A stretch of 58,954 nucleotides of DNA. Source: Deltaproteobacteria bacterium. GTDB taxonomy: Bacteria; Desulfobacterota; WTBG01; CAIYCZ01; CAIRTM01. The number at the start of each line of letters is the position of its first letter. Position 1 is the stretch's first letter. The notes beneath the pieces are model-generated. The model was not told the origin of the DNA. It made no database searches and saw nothing but the letters and a program-made list of their open reading frames with translations. Made by a program: the position numbers and the translations under genes. Location: positions 1-58,954 of the forward strand of contig VGSH01000002.1 of NCBI GenBank assembly GCA_016875025.1, read 5' to 3'. Below, piece by piece: positions 35,220-44,826 of the stretch.

Positions 35220-37130
35220 CTATCGGTGCTGTTTGTCAAACACCCGGCGAAGCGTTTCGGCAAGATCCTGTGCTTTTAACGGTTTCAGGATGAAAGCATT
35301 GATGCCGGCAGCATGCGCCTGCTGGGTCATGTCCTCCGTGCATCCGGTGCACAGGATCACCGGCAGCTCTGGGCGCCGGGTGATAATCGCCTGCGCAAGC
35401 TCCAGGCCGGTCATTTTCGGCATGGTGTAGTCTGTGATGACGGCGTCAAAGGCTTCCGGGTCTTTTTTGAACGCTTCGTATGCCTCGAAGCTGTCGGTGC
35501 ACCCGGTAACGCTGTATCCAAGCGATTCAAGCAGTTTTTTGCCGATATCAATCAGCATGGGTTCATCATCCACAAACAGGATGCGTTCCGTGCCGCGGGG
35601 AAGCGGGCCCGGGGTCTGTGTCTCCGGCAGTGCTTCCGACTTGATGGCTGGAAGGTATATTTCAAATGCCGTACCCCGGCCGGGCTCGCTGTGTATGCTT
35701 ATGGCACCGTCGCAGGATTGTATAATGCCGTGTACAACTGAGAGCCCCAGGCCTGTTCCCTCGCCATGCGGCTTCGTAGTGAAAAAAGGATCAAATATCC
35801 GTTCGATAATATCAGGCGATATGCCACTGCCGGTGTCGGCGACACGCAGCCGGATATGCCTGCCGGCCCTGAGCCCGGAGTACTGCTGCGCTGATTCGGC
35901 ATCAAGCACAACATCGACAAGGCTGACATCCAGCACGCCGCCCCTGTCCTGCATGGCATATCCGGCGTTGGTGCACAGGTTCATCATAACCTGATGAATC
36001 TGAGTCGGGTCGGCAATGATAACGGAGTCGCTGCGGATGCTCTGCCGTATTTCGATTGTCGAGGGCAGCGATGCCCTTAGCAGTTTAAGGGCCTCCTTAA
36101 TGACAATGCCGGGCATGACCGGGCGCTTTTCATGTTCGGTTTTACGGCTGAAGGTGAGAATCTGTTTCACCAGGCTGATAGCACGGTCCGTGGCCTTGAG
36201 AATGGACTGGAGATGCCTGCGGGTTGCGGGGCGGTCGCTCAACGTATCCATGGCGATCTGCGTATAGCCCAGAATCGCGGCGAGGATGTTGTTGAAATCG
36301 TGGGCGATGCCGCCTGCAAGCGCGCCGATTGCCTCCATCTTCTGGGCCTGCCGGTACTGCTGTTCAAGTTTGAGTTCCATGGTAACGTCGCGCTGCACGG
36401 TAATGAAGTTCGCGACTGTTCCGTCGGCCAGCCGCGTGCACGACAGGGTGGCCTCGGCATCATAGAGCGAGCCGTCCTTCTTTTTATTAACCACGACTCC
36501 CTTCCAAACCTCGCCGCGCGCAACGGATTGCTGCATGTGCCGGTAAAAACCCCGGTCATGTTTGCCGCTTTCAAGCATCTGAATTGCGGCGCCCAGGGCT
36601 TCATCACGGCTGTAGCCGGTCGTGCGTTCAAAGGCCGGGTTGACATACTGGATAAGGCCCTGTGTGTCGGTTATGATAATGGTTTCATCGATTGTGTTGA
36701 TCGCCGCGTCAAGCCGCATGAGCGACAGCTCGGCCTGTTCGCGCCTGCTGCGGTTTTCGGCTTCGCGCAGCACACGCTCGATGGCCGGCACCAGCCGGCT
36801 GAGGTTGTCCTTGTTGACAAAATCGGCAATGCCGGCCTTGACAGCATCAACAGTTGCCTCCTCGCCGATGGTGCCCGATACGAGCAGCATCGGCAGGTGG
36901 GGGGCCATCTGCTGGCGTATTTTTAAAGCGCCGCCGGAACTGAAGGCCGGCATGCTGTGGTCGGAGAGGATGATATCCCAGCTGCCGCGCTCAAGCGCGG
37001 CCCGCATCGCTTCAGCCGTGTCAACGCGTTCATGGATCGGTTCATACCCCTGAGTGCGCAGTTCGCGGACTATCAGCAGCGCATCGTTTTCATTGTCTTC
37101 GACAAGCAGCACATTCAGGTTTTTTTGCAT
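35220..37130 (-). CDS. Hybrid sensor histidine kinase (REC-PAS-HisKA-HATPase-REC)
   Basis: N-terminal REC (VLLVEDNEND...ILSDHSMP), PAS (ITDTQGLIQYVNPAFERTTGY), H-box IAHDFNNIL, DTGSGI, GTGLGLS, C-terminal REC (ILFVDDEP...VITDYTMP). Confidence 0.92.
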   Translation of the reverse strand: MQKNLNVLLVEDNENDALLIVRELRTQGYEPIHERVDTAEAMRAALERGSWDIILSDHSMPAFSSGGALKIRQQMAPHLPMLLVSGTIGEEATVDAVKAGIADFVNKDNLSRLVPAIERVLREAENRSRREQAELSLMRLDAAINTIDETIIITDTQGLIQYVNPAFERTTGYSRDEALGAAIQMLESGKHDRGFYRHMQQSVARGEVWKGVVVNKKKDGSLYDAEATLSCTRLADGTVANFITVQRDVTMELKLEQQYRQAQKMEAIGALAGGIAHDFNNILAAILGYTQIAMDTLSDRPATRRHLQSILKATDRAISLVKQILTFSRKTEHEKRPVMPGIVIKEALKLLRASLPSTIEIRQSIRSDSVIIADPTQIHQVMMNLCTNAGYAMQDRGGVLDVSLVDVVLDAESAQQYSGLRAGRHIRLRVADTGSGISPDIIERIFDPFFTTKPHGEGTGLGLSVVHGIIQSCDGAISIHSEPGRGTAFEIYLPAIKSEALPETQTPGPLPRGTERILFVDDEPMLIDIGKKLLESLGYSVTGCTDSFEAYEAFKKDPEAFDAVITDYTMPKMTGLELAQAIITRRPELPVILCTGCTEDMTQQAHAAGINAFILKPLKAQDLAETLRRVFDKQHR

Positions 37131-37176
37131 TGCATACTCCTGTATTTCAGCACCTTAAGTATAGCATATTTTTTTA

Positions 37177-37833
37177 TTACGGGCGGCTTTCGGCAGGCAC
37201 CGGGGTATGCGTGCAATAGCCGAGGTATACCTCTTCCATATGACGGCGGACAAATGTTCCGTAACGGCCCATGGCGTAGAGTTTGTGCAGTGCGGCTGTA
37301 TAGCATGTGCGCGAAATGGCTCCGTTGTGCAGCAGCGCAAATAGTGCCATTGGCGTATTCATGAAGGGGATGCCCCGCCTGCGGCAGTAAAGGCATACCT
37401 TTTTGTCATCGGTCAGTATGCCGTCAGGTTTGAGCGTATAAAAGGCCTGGATAAGCGTCCGGTCGGCTGAGGACAGAGCGGCGCGTCCCTGCGGGACGGA
37501 ATTCCCCCGGGCCGGGACTGTCAGCACGCTTCCGGCAAACAGCTGTGCATACAGCGACCGGTCCTCCGCATGTGCTGCGGCGCCGGGCGCACGGGTGATT
37601 TCATCGTAGAGGGCCTGCGTCAGGACTATCCTGTGCACGCGGGCGTAGGGTTCAAGCAGATGCAGCCTGTTTAAAAATATAAGTGAGCAGCTGTCCGCGG
37701 CGATTCTGCGGCCGGCGCTCAGCAGCAGGCGGTCAATGTTTAAAGTATGCATGTTCATATGCCCCGGAGTCATGGTGATCGTGTTGAGACTATGCCGGCC
37801 CTGAACCGGTGCCGCCGGGGTTGTTTGTACCAT
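37177..37833 (-). CDS. Hypothetical protein, possibly PIN-like/DUF3368-like
   Basis: Pattern ADSCSLIFL...LSSADRTLIQA...GILTDDKKV...RRGIPFMNT is weakly reminiscent of PIN-like nucleic-acid-binding proteins. Start codon uncertain (no SD at 37833). Confidence 0.4.
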   Translation of the reverse strand: MVQTTPAAPVQGRHSLNTITMTPGHMNMHTLNIDRLLLSAGRRIAADSCSLIFLNRLHLLEPYARVHRIVLTQALYDEITRAPGAAAHAEDRSLYAQLFAGSVLTVPARGNSVPQGRAALSSADRTLIQAFYTLKPDGILTDDKKVCLYCRRRGIPFMNTPMALFALLHNGAISRTCYTAALHKLYAMGRYGTFVRRHMEEVYLGYCTHTPVPAESRP

Positions 37834-38006
37834 GAAAAATGGTGCTGCAACAAGAGGGGATTTTTATTGTGGCTGCTGTTACAATCTGTTACAAAATGTT
37901 ACAGTGCTGAAAAGCATCGCAGCTGCAGGTTTGCTATACAGATTTCCCTGTGCCGGTTCTGGACCTGCGCCATGGACGCGGCGGATCATAAGTAAAAGAG
38001 GTTTCA

Positions 38007-39593
38007 ATGAAAGACTATCGACGTGCGGCCGTGTGGTGTGCAGCCATGTGTGCAGCTGTCATGTGGTGTGTCACCGGGGCTGATGCGCTGGTGCTGCGCG
38101 GTCAGTTTCCGGTTCATAACGGCATGTACTGGAATTTCAGTGATAACGCAACACAGCAGCAGATGACCTGGGCGGTACTTGGAGGGTTCGCGCGTTCCGA
38201 CGCCGGAGAGCTTATCGTGTTTGCGCGCCAGGGGAATGGCTTCCTTGCGCTCAGGCAGGAGTGGGACGGTCTGTACATGTGCGGTGAATACCGCATCGAC
38301 GGCTTCAGCATACCTGAAACGCCGGTCATGTTCATGCCGTTTGATATTGATTTCGACAAACCCGTCCAGAGTTCCACCCGCATGAGGACGTATACCGCCG
38401 GTGAGAATCCACGGCAGACCGCTGAATACGACTACAGTGTAACGGTTGAACTGCAGGCGCTTGAGGATATGTTCATCGAGGGGCGGGAAATACGCAATTG
38501 CGCCGTGCTGGTGAGGAAAGTCAGGTCGCAGGGCGCTGAGAGCGTCGAAACCTTCTGGCTGGCCCCGACCGTCGGTCCGGTCAGGATGCGCTTTGAGAGT
38601 CCGGGTGTGGTGAATACGTATAACATGCAGACCTACAGCACTGAACGGGGCGGGCCGGCGAGGGAGTTTTCCCTGAAACGATATTTCCCGCTTGTTCCGG
38701 GCAGGGCATACGATTACCGCGATCAGGCCGGCACTACAGTTACGGCAGCATTCGGCGGGCGCCTGGAACGGCTTGGCCGCCTGACGGTTCCCTATACCGA
38801 CCCTGACGGCGATGTGTATTATTTGAGGTGGGATGACAGCGGGTTGACGCTTCCGCTCAAGTACCGTGCTTCGATGGGCTTCGGTTTTGCCAGCCTGCCC
38901 CCGGACGGACCGCCGGTGCTGCTGCCGGCACGCTCAGCACCCGGCCGCCTGAACCATTCACTGACGTACCTGCGCACGGTACAGTGGCCTTCGCTGCAGC
39001 CCATGTTTGATTTTTATCCGGAAAACGAGATGGCGTCGGTCATCGTCGGCGTTGAAGACGTCAGTGTGCCGGCCGGAACCTACCGGGACTGTATAAAGCT
39101 CTGCGTCAGTTCGATAAACCGCTCGTACGAGATGCAGCGCGAAAAAATCCGTATCGGATTTATATGGCTTGCGCCCGGCGTCGGCCAAGTGAAAAGCGAG
39201 GGTGTGAGCCTTGCCAACAACTATCTGAAGGAAACGCCGGATTACATTTTCCAGAATGCGCGACTCGAGCTTGCTGCCATCAGAAAAGGCGAACCCACAA
39301 AAGCGGGGAAAACTGCCCCGCAAGCCGAACGGCCGGCGTCCGGCAACCGTGTCCCGGAGGAGAAACTCGTCTGGCAGGACAACAGCCAGGCCATGTTTGA
39401 CGCTACGGTTGATGCGGCGCCGTTTTTTGTGCGTCGTATGGTCAGGAGAAATCTGCTGGATGCGGTTATTGAGCGCGCCGGCGCCGGCGGTGAGGTACCC
39501 GAGGAGGCGGTCATAGCGGCGGTGCAGGCGACTACGCCGGAAAAGATGCGCGCTCAAATCGTGCGTGAGCTTGAACAGATGAAAACACGCTGA
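38007..39593 (+). CDS. Secreted protein with two beta-rich repeats and a C-terminal PCP-reductase-like (PF08369-type) domain
   Basis: AAGAGG SD. Signal-like AAVWCAAMCAAVMWCVTGADA. Two repeats ending ...RNCAVLVRK...FWLAPTVGPVRMRFE and ...VPAGTYRDCIKLCV...IWLAPGVGQVKSE. C-terminus AAPFFVRRMVRRNLLDAVIERAG..VPEEAV resembles the ChlB/BchB C-terminal PCP_red domain. Confidence 0.65.
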   Translation: MKDYRRAAVWCAAMCAAVMWCVTGADALVLRGQFPVHNGMYWNFSDNATQQQMTWAVLGGFARSDAGELIVFARQGNGFLALRQEWDGLYMCGEYRIDGFSIPETPVMFMPFDIDFDKPVQSSTRMRTYTAGENPRQTAEYDYSVTVELQALEDMFIEGREIRNCAVLVRKVRSQGAESVETFWLAPTVGPVRMRFESPGVVNTYNMQTYSTERGGPAREFSLKRYFPLVPGRAYDYRDQAGTTVTAAFGGRLERLGRLTVPYTDPDGDVYYLRWDDSGLTLPLKYRASMGFGFASLPPDGPPVLLPARSAPGRLNHSLTYLRTVQWPSLQPMFDFYPENEMASVIVGVEDVSVPAGTYRDCIKLCVSSINRSYEMQREKIRIGFIWLAPGVGQVKSEGVSLANNYLKETPDYIFQNARLELAAIRKGEPTKAGKTAPQAERPASGNRVPEEKLVWQDNSQAMFDATVDAAPFFVRRMVRRNLLDAVIERAGAGGEVPEEAVIAAVQATTPEKMRAQIVRELEQMKTR

Positions 39594-39610
39594 TACCGGA
39601 GGGATGCACC

Positions 39611-40321
39611 ATGGGCGAGGACATGAAATGGCTGGAGATCGGGTTCACGTTTGTGTACCTGACCGTGATATGGTCGATCGTCATTGTGGAGTCGATCAAG
39701 ATGAACGGGCTGCCCGACCGCGAGCGCAGCATCGCATCCCTGTTCAGGACAGCGTTTCTGTTTCTGATAGCGGGTGACTCGGTCCTGCTGCTGACGCGCG
39801 TCATTGCCTTCAATATGGGCAGCCTTGAGTACAGTCCGTTTTTCCTGGGCGGCGATGTGCATCTGGCCGGTATCGGCAATCTGGCGACCGGAATCACGAT
39901 GACCATCTTTTATCTCTATGTGCTGGAGGCCTGGCGCCGCAGGTATGGACGCGGCATCGGACCGGTGTACTGGGGGGTCATCGCGGTTACGATTGCGCGT
40001 TTCATTTTTATGACATTCCCGCAGAATCAGTGGGGCAACCATGAGCCGCCGCTGGACTGGTCGATGTACAGGAATATATTTATAACCGTGTCCGGTCTTG
40101 CGGTGGCAACGCTTATCCTGATCGACTCAGCCAGGCAGAGCGACAGGGCTTTCAAATATATCGCCTATATGATTTTCGTCTCTTACATAAGCATGTGGAT
40201 ATTCGTTGCGAATTATCCGGCAGTGCCCTGGATCGGCATTATGATGATCGTGAAGACACTGGCCTATATGGCCGTGGCCGTGATCAGCTACCGGGCGTTT
40301 TTTGTGAAAAAGGCGGGGTAG
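39611..40321 (+). CDS. Seven-TM integral membrane protein of unknown family
   Basis: 236 aa, 17 nt after the preceding stop. Seven hydrophobic helices. Positive charges on loops 1-2, 3-4, 5-6 and the C-terminus, giving an N-out/C-in topology. Lys in the middle of TM7 (IMMIVKTLAYMAV). Confidence 0.65.
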   Translation: MGEDMKWLEIGFTFVYLTVIWSIVIVESIKMNGLPDRERSIASLFRTAFLFLIAGDSVLLLTRVIAFNMGSLEYSPFFLGGDVHLAGIGNLATGITMTIFYLYVLEAWRRRYGRGIGPVYWGVIAVTIARFIFMTFPQNQWGNHEPPLDWSMYRNIFITVSGLAVATLILIDSARQSDRAFKYIAYMIFVSYISMWIFVANYPAVPWIGIMMIVKTLAYMAVAVISYRAFFVKKAG

Positions 40322-40338
40322 GTTGGTGCGCATGGGCA

Positions 40339-41181
40339 CTACTGCTGAAACAAACCCGCCGTGCGGGCGCGCTCCATCAGGCACTCAATCGCCGCGCGGC
40401 CCTCATCACCGTAGTCTTCGGTAAAAGAATTCACATACAGCTCAATATGGCGCGCGATAACCTGTTCGTCCAGCTCCTGAGCGTGTGACCGGATATACCC
40501 GCGTGCGTCGTCGGGGCGGGTGCGCGCGTGCAGCAGGCTTGCTCGGATGGTGTGCTCAACGCGTTCGATCAAGTCCGGTGCAAGGCTGCGGCGGGCCACA
40601 ATAGCGCCGAGCGGTACGGGGTGTCCGGTTTCGCTTTCCCACCATGCGCCCAGGTCAGCCAGCACGTGCAGGCCGCAGGCCTGGTAGGTGAACCGGCCTT
40701 CGTGAATAATAACGCCGGCGTCAAACTCACCCCGGCTGACAGCCGGCATGATGCGGTCAAAGGGGAGCGAATAAGCCGGTTGCAGGTCGGGCGCATATAG
40801 GCGCAGCAGCAGGTGGCCCGTGGTCAAATCACCGGGCACCGCAACACGCAAGCGGCCTGCTGCCAGATCATGCCGTGACAGGTTACGGCTGCGGCTGACC
40901 AGCAGGGGTCCGCAGCCCCGGCCCAGTGCGCCTCCGGCCTGCAGCAATTGGTAGCGGCCGTGCAGCTTTCCGTAGGCATAAAAAGATACCTTGGCCACAT
41001 CAAGGACGCCCTGCAGGGCCATGCGATTGAGAGTGTCGATGTCTTCAAGACGGGTCGCAACCGCGGGCGCATCCGGTCCCAGGCGGCCGTTGATCCAGGC
41101 TTCAAAAATAAAGGTGTCGTTGGGGCAGGGCGATATGCCCAGTGTCAGCACAGGATTCATGGCGGGCCCGGTCACAGGCAT
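40339..41181 (-). CDS. mqnD: 1,4-dihydroxy-6-naphthoate synthase (futalosine pathway)
   Basis: LTLGISPCPNDTFIFEAW N-terminal signature. Periplasmic-binding-protein-like fold size. The start may be ATG 41160 (MNPV). Confidence 0.8.
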   Translation of the reverse strand: MPVTGPAMNPVLTLGISPCPNDTFIFEAWINGRLGPDAPAVATRLEDIDTLNRMALQGVLDVAKVSFYAYGKLHGRYQLLQAGGALGRGCGPLLVSRSRNLSRHDLAAGRLRVAVPGDLTTGHLLLRLYAPDLQPAYSLPFDRIMPAVSRGEFDAGVIIHEGRFTYQACGLHVLADLGAWWESETGHPVPLGAIVARRSLAPDLIERVEHTIRASLLHARTRPDDARGYIRSHAQELDEQVIARHIELYVNSFTEDYGDEGRAAIECLMERARTAGLFQQ

Positions 41182-41861
41182 TTGAGAAGTTCTTTTTGTG
41201 CGTTACGGGCGGCTTCGGAGAGCTGCCAGTTTGCGTAGTCGCGGTCGCCGCATACATTCGAGACGGCGCGCACAACGCTGCAGGCAATACCTGCCTTACA
41301 GGCCATCAGGGCCACGGCGGCTGATTCCATGTCCTCGCACAGGAGCTCCTGGCGGTCGAACTTGAAACGCCCGCTCACGCGCTCAGCGCGCTGCAGGCTG
41401 CCTGAGCACGCTGACACGGTCAGGAATACCGCGCGTTTGAGTTTGCGGCTGCCGCGGGCTTCCTGCAGGTCGATGGTATTGAACACGCGCTCGCCGGAAG
41501 CGGGTTTTGCCAGCGGCAGGTCTATGGCCTGCATGGTCAGGAACTCAGCCCCGGTGTCAACGCCCGCATCGGCAAACACAGCCCGGGTGCCGGTTACGGT
41601 CCGGCCGAGTGCATCCATGCCCGCATTATAGACGCCGCAGACACCCACGTTGAAAATACGCTCAGGTGTATAGAGCGCTATGCCCAGCGCAGCGGCCGCA
41701 GCGGCATTGGCTATCCCTGCGCCGCTGCGTATCAGTATTGGGCCGTCGCCGCCCGCTCTGTATACCGTAAAATCAAGCACATGGGCCTGCTGTCGGCACT
41801 GCAGGCTCTCCACCAGCAGGGCCAGTTCGAATTCGGTTGCGGCGATAATCAGCGTTGACAT
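41172..41861 (-). CDS. mqnB: Futalosine hydrolase
   Basis: PNP/UDP nucleosidase fold: LIIAATEFE, RSGAGIANAA, CEDMESAAVA, VRAVSNVCGDRD. Immediately upstream of mqnD. Confidence 0.75.
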   Translation of the reverse strand: MSTLIIAATEFELALLVESLQCRQQAHVLDFTVYRAGGDGPILIRSGAGIANAAAAAALGIALYTPERIFNVGVCGVYNAGMDALGRTVTGTRAVFADAGVDTGAEFLTMQAIDLPLAKPASGERVFNTIDLQEARGSRKLKRAVFLTVSACSGSLQRAERVSGRFKFDRQELLCEDMESAAVALMACKAGIACSVVRAVSNVCGDRDYANWQLSEAARNAQKELLKCL

Positions 41862-42028
41862 GCATAACTCCTGAATTGCGGCGGCTGTGCGCTACCTTTG
41901 TAGTAAAACTCACCCTGTAAAGCAAGTTTTATAATTTGCATGTTTCATGCCCGTCCAGAACACACTGCTGGACCGGCATGGAAAGCCCGCCGGAGGAAAT
42001 TGTTCGGCTGGTGACCGCGCCAGTTCTG

Positions 42029-42057
42029 TTGACTTACACAGTCATGCGGAATATAAT
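42029..42057 (+). promoter_or_regulatory. Near-consensus sigma70 promoter for the DAHP synthase gene
   Basis: TTGACT (42029-42034), 17-nt spacer, TATAAT (42052-42057). Lies about 90 nt upstream of ATG 42148. Confidence 0.6.
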
Positions 42058-42147
42058 ACATTTTTTTGCCGCCCGGGGCGCAGCGCGTATTCACGCACCA
42101 CAGCTACGCATATGCGGGCCCGGGAGAGCCCGTTGAGGAGACTGATC

Positions 42148-43176
42148 ATGAGTTACGAACCGTTACATGAAATTCCGCTGCCTGAGGAAATCCGCGCCGC
42201 CATCCCTCTGGACGATGATCTGTCCGCGATCAAGAAGGAGCGCGACCGGATTATCAGGGATATTTTCGAGCGCCGTGATGACCGTTTCCTGATCATCATA
42301 GGCCCCTGCTCGGCGGATAACGAGGATGCCGTGTGCGAGTATATCACGCGCCTGGCGCGCCTGCAGGAGCAGGTGCGCGACCGCCTTGTGCTGATTCCCC
42401 GCATTTATACCAACAAGCCGCGCACGACCGGCACCGGCTACAAGGGCATGATGCATCAGCCGGACCCGCACAAGGAGCCCAATATTGCCGCAGGCATCAC
42501 GGCCATCCGCTCCATGCATATCCGAGCCCTGCGTGAAACCGGCCTCTCCGCCGCCGATGAGATGCTCTATCCCGGCAATTCCCCGTATCTTGAAGACCTG
42601 CTCAGCTACAACGCCGTCGGAGCCCGCTCGGTCGAGAATCAACAGCACCGCCTGACCGCCAGCGCTCTTGATGTGCCCGTGGGCATGAAAAATCCGACCA
42701 GCGGCGATCTGCCGGTCATGTTCAATGCCATTTACGCGGCGCAGCACTCGCATGTGTTCGTGCATAACCGCTGGGAGGTCAGAACCACCGGCAACCCCTG
42801 GGCGCATGCGATTCTGCGCGGCGCGGTTGATCCGTACGGCAACTGCATCCCCAATTATCACTTTGAGGACCTGATGCGCACCGCTGTCGAGTATCAGAAG
42901 CGCGGGCTTGCCAACCCGGTCATTATCGTTGATACGAATCACGCCAATTCCAACAAGCATTTTCTCCAGCAGCCGCGCATCGCCATGGAGGTCATGCAGA
43001 GCCGCGCCGGTGACAGCCTGCTGAAGGATTATGTTCGCGGCCTGATGATTGAAAGCTACCTTGTCGAGGGCACGCAAAGTCTGAACGAGAATGTCTTCGG
43101 CAAATCCATTACCGATCCCTGCCTGGGCTGGCAGGACACGGAACGCTGCCTGCTGCAGCTGGCCGAGGTCGCCTGA
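42148..43176 (+). CDS. 3-deoxy-7-phosphoheptulonate (DAHP) synthase, class I AroG/F/H type
   Basis: DDRFLIIIGPCS, KPRTT, GARSVENQQHR, VGMKNP, IVDTNHANS, VEGTQS, GKSITDPCLGW. Collinear with E. coli AroG. Start set at MSYEP. Confidence 0.92.
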   Translation: MSYEPLHEIPLPEEIRAAIPLDDDLSAIKKERDRIIRDIFERRDDRFLIIIGPCSADNEDAVCEYITRLARLQEQVRDRLVLIPRIYTNKPRTTGTGYKGMMHQPDPHKEPNIAAGITAIRSMHIRALRETGLSAADEMLYPGNSPYLEDLLSYNAVGARSVENQQHRLTASALDVPVGMKNPTSGDLPVMFNAIYAAQHSHVFVHNRWEVRTTGNPWAHAILRGAVDPYGNCIPNYHFEDLMRTAVEYQKRGLANPVIIVDTNHANSNKHFLQQPRIAMEVMQSRAGDSLLKDYVRGLMIESYLVEGTQSLNENVFGKSITDPCLGWQDTERCLLQLAEVA

Positions 43177-43197
43177 GGATGACCCGCTGTCGGGGGT

Positions 43198-44811
43198 TCA
43201 GTTTTTTTGCGGGGCGGTTCTCACGATGATGCGCCCGTCGGGTGCGAGCACGAGCCGGGGCTGCGCAGCAAGCCGCTGGATGATGATATCTCGCACGGCA
43301 GCGCCGCTCGAATGCTCGATGCGGGCTGTGCTGAATTCAGCGTAGCCGTTGCCGCCGCGCGCAAGGAATGAATTGGTTGCAACGCGGTAGCGCCGTTGCG
43401 GGTCGAGCGGACGATAGCCGCCGCCGGATTCCAGCACCGCAATCCCCGTGACGCGCTGCCCCGGCCCGGCGTGCGGATCAACATGCACCCTCAGGCCGCT
43501 TACCTGCAGAAAACCTCCCCATAGCTGCGGCAGGCGGGCGACACTGCGCTCGAGCGCTTCTTTGAGCGTGGCGCCGTTCATGCTGATAATGACGGAGTTG
43601 TTGTCAAAGGGCAGCATGGTTTCAATATCCAGCCTGGTCAGCGGACCCGCCGGCAGGATACCGTCGCCTCGGATGCCTCCGCCGTTATAGAGCGCAGCAT
43701 CGGTGCCGCAATGTTCGCGCAAACTGTCGGCGATGAAATTGCCGATCGGGGCTTCGCGGCTGCGCACAGTTGCTGCCCGGCAGTCAATCTCCGCGTCTGT
43801 GAAGGTGAGCGTTTGATTCGGCGGCAGCTGCGCGCGGTAGCGGGCGATAAACTTCTGCATGTGCGGGCTCTGTCCTGATGCGGCGTCTATTGCCTGCGGC
43901 AGCCAGGCATACTCCGGCAATGATCCTGCGGCAGTGCGTATGCGCAGCACGCCCAGCGCAGCCCCGCCATAGCCGGCCTGCACAATGACGGTTTGCCGTC
44001 CGTCCGCGTGCCTGACTCTGAGTTCCCTGCCCGCCGGCAGCAGATCATGTGAGTGCCCTCCGCAGATGACATCGAGTTCGGGTATCTGCCGGGCAAGGCG
44101 GTGGTCTTGTTCAAGGCCCAGGTGCGTCAGCGCGATAACCAGGTCGGGTGCGTGCTGTTTAATTGACGCTGTGATTCGTTGCCGCATGTGCGGGGATGCG
44201 GGGTCCAGCACCCTGATGTCAGGTCCCGGACTTGAGATATCCGCGATTTCCGGTGTTATGAATCCCGCTATTAGCAGGCGCCTGCCTCCGCGTTCAAGCA
44301 CGATCATCGGCTCTATCATGCCTGCAAGCGCATGCCCCGCCGGTATGTCCATGTTTGTTGCCACCATCGGAAACGGGCAGTGCGCAAGGGCTCTCGCCAG
44401 TTCCTGCGGCCCGCGGTCAAATTCATGATTGCCCGGAACCGCAGCCTCAATGCCCATCAGGCCAAGGCCGCCGAACAGGGCCTCGCCGCCGAAATGGATG
44501 AAATACGGTCCGCTCAGCGTGTCGCCGCTGTTGAAGCGCAGGACGACGCCGTCTGTCTGCTGCGCAATTGAATCCATGCGTGCGGCCAGACCGGCGAATC
44601 CGCCGGCTGATTGCGTGCCCCTGTCCGTCTGTACCGTGAACGGTTCAAGCCGGCCGTGCAGGTCGTTGCTTGTCAGAAGGATGATGTCTGCGGCCGGGCT
44701 GACATCTGCGCTGCGGTCGTGCGGCCTCTGACGGCAGCCCGCTGTGCACAGCATGCACGCCAGAACAGCTGCGGCTGTGTACAGCGTGAGGTGCCGGGGA
44801 AATGTGCGCAT
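43198..44811 (-). CDS. Bifunctional metallophosphatase/5'-nucleotidase lipoprotein (UshA-like)
   Basis: Lipobox CTAGC. NDLHG, GNHEFD and GGHSH metallophosphatase motifs. C-terminal 5'-nucleotidase domain. Confidence 0.88.
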   Translation of the reverse strand: MRTFPRHLTLYTAAAVLACMLCTAGCRQRPHDRSADVSPAADIILLTSNDLHGRLEPFTVQTDRGTQSAGGFAGLAARMDSIAQQTDGVVLRFNSGDTLSGPYFIHFGGEALFGGLGLMGIEAAVPGNHEFDRGPQELARALAHCPFPMVATNMDIPAGHALAGMIEPMIVLERGGRRLLIAGFITPEIADISSPGPDIRVLDPASPHMRQRITASIKQHAPDLVIALTHLGLEQDHRLARQIPELDVICGGHSHDLLPAGRELRVRHADGRQTVIVQAGYGGAALGVLRIRTAAGSLPEYAWLPQAIDAASGQSPHMQKFIARYRAQLPPNQTLTFTDAEIDCRAATVRSREAPIGNFIADSLREHCGTDAALYNGGGIRGDGILPAGPLTRLDIETMLPFDNNSVIISMNGATLKEALERSVARLPQLWGGFLQVSGLRVHVDPHAGPGQRVTGIAVLESGGGYRPLDPQRRYRVATNSFLARGGNGYAEFSTARIEHSSGAAVRDIIIQRLAAQPRLVLAPDGRIIVRTAPQKN

Positions 44812-44826
44812 GGCCGCGGACGCTGG

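Noticed and set aside
41947-42147. 201-nt N-terminal extension of the DAHP synthase ORF
   Set aside because: The extension has no homology to AroG N-termini and contains the near-consensus promoter. MSYEP at 42148 aligns with the family start.
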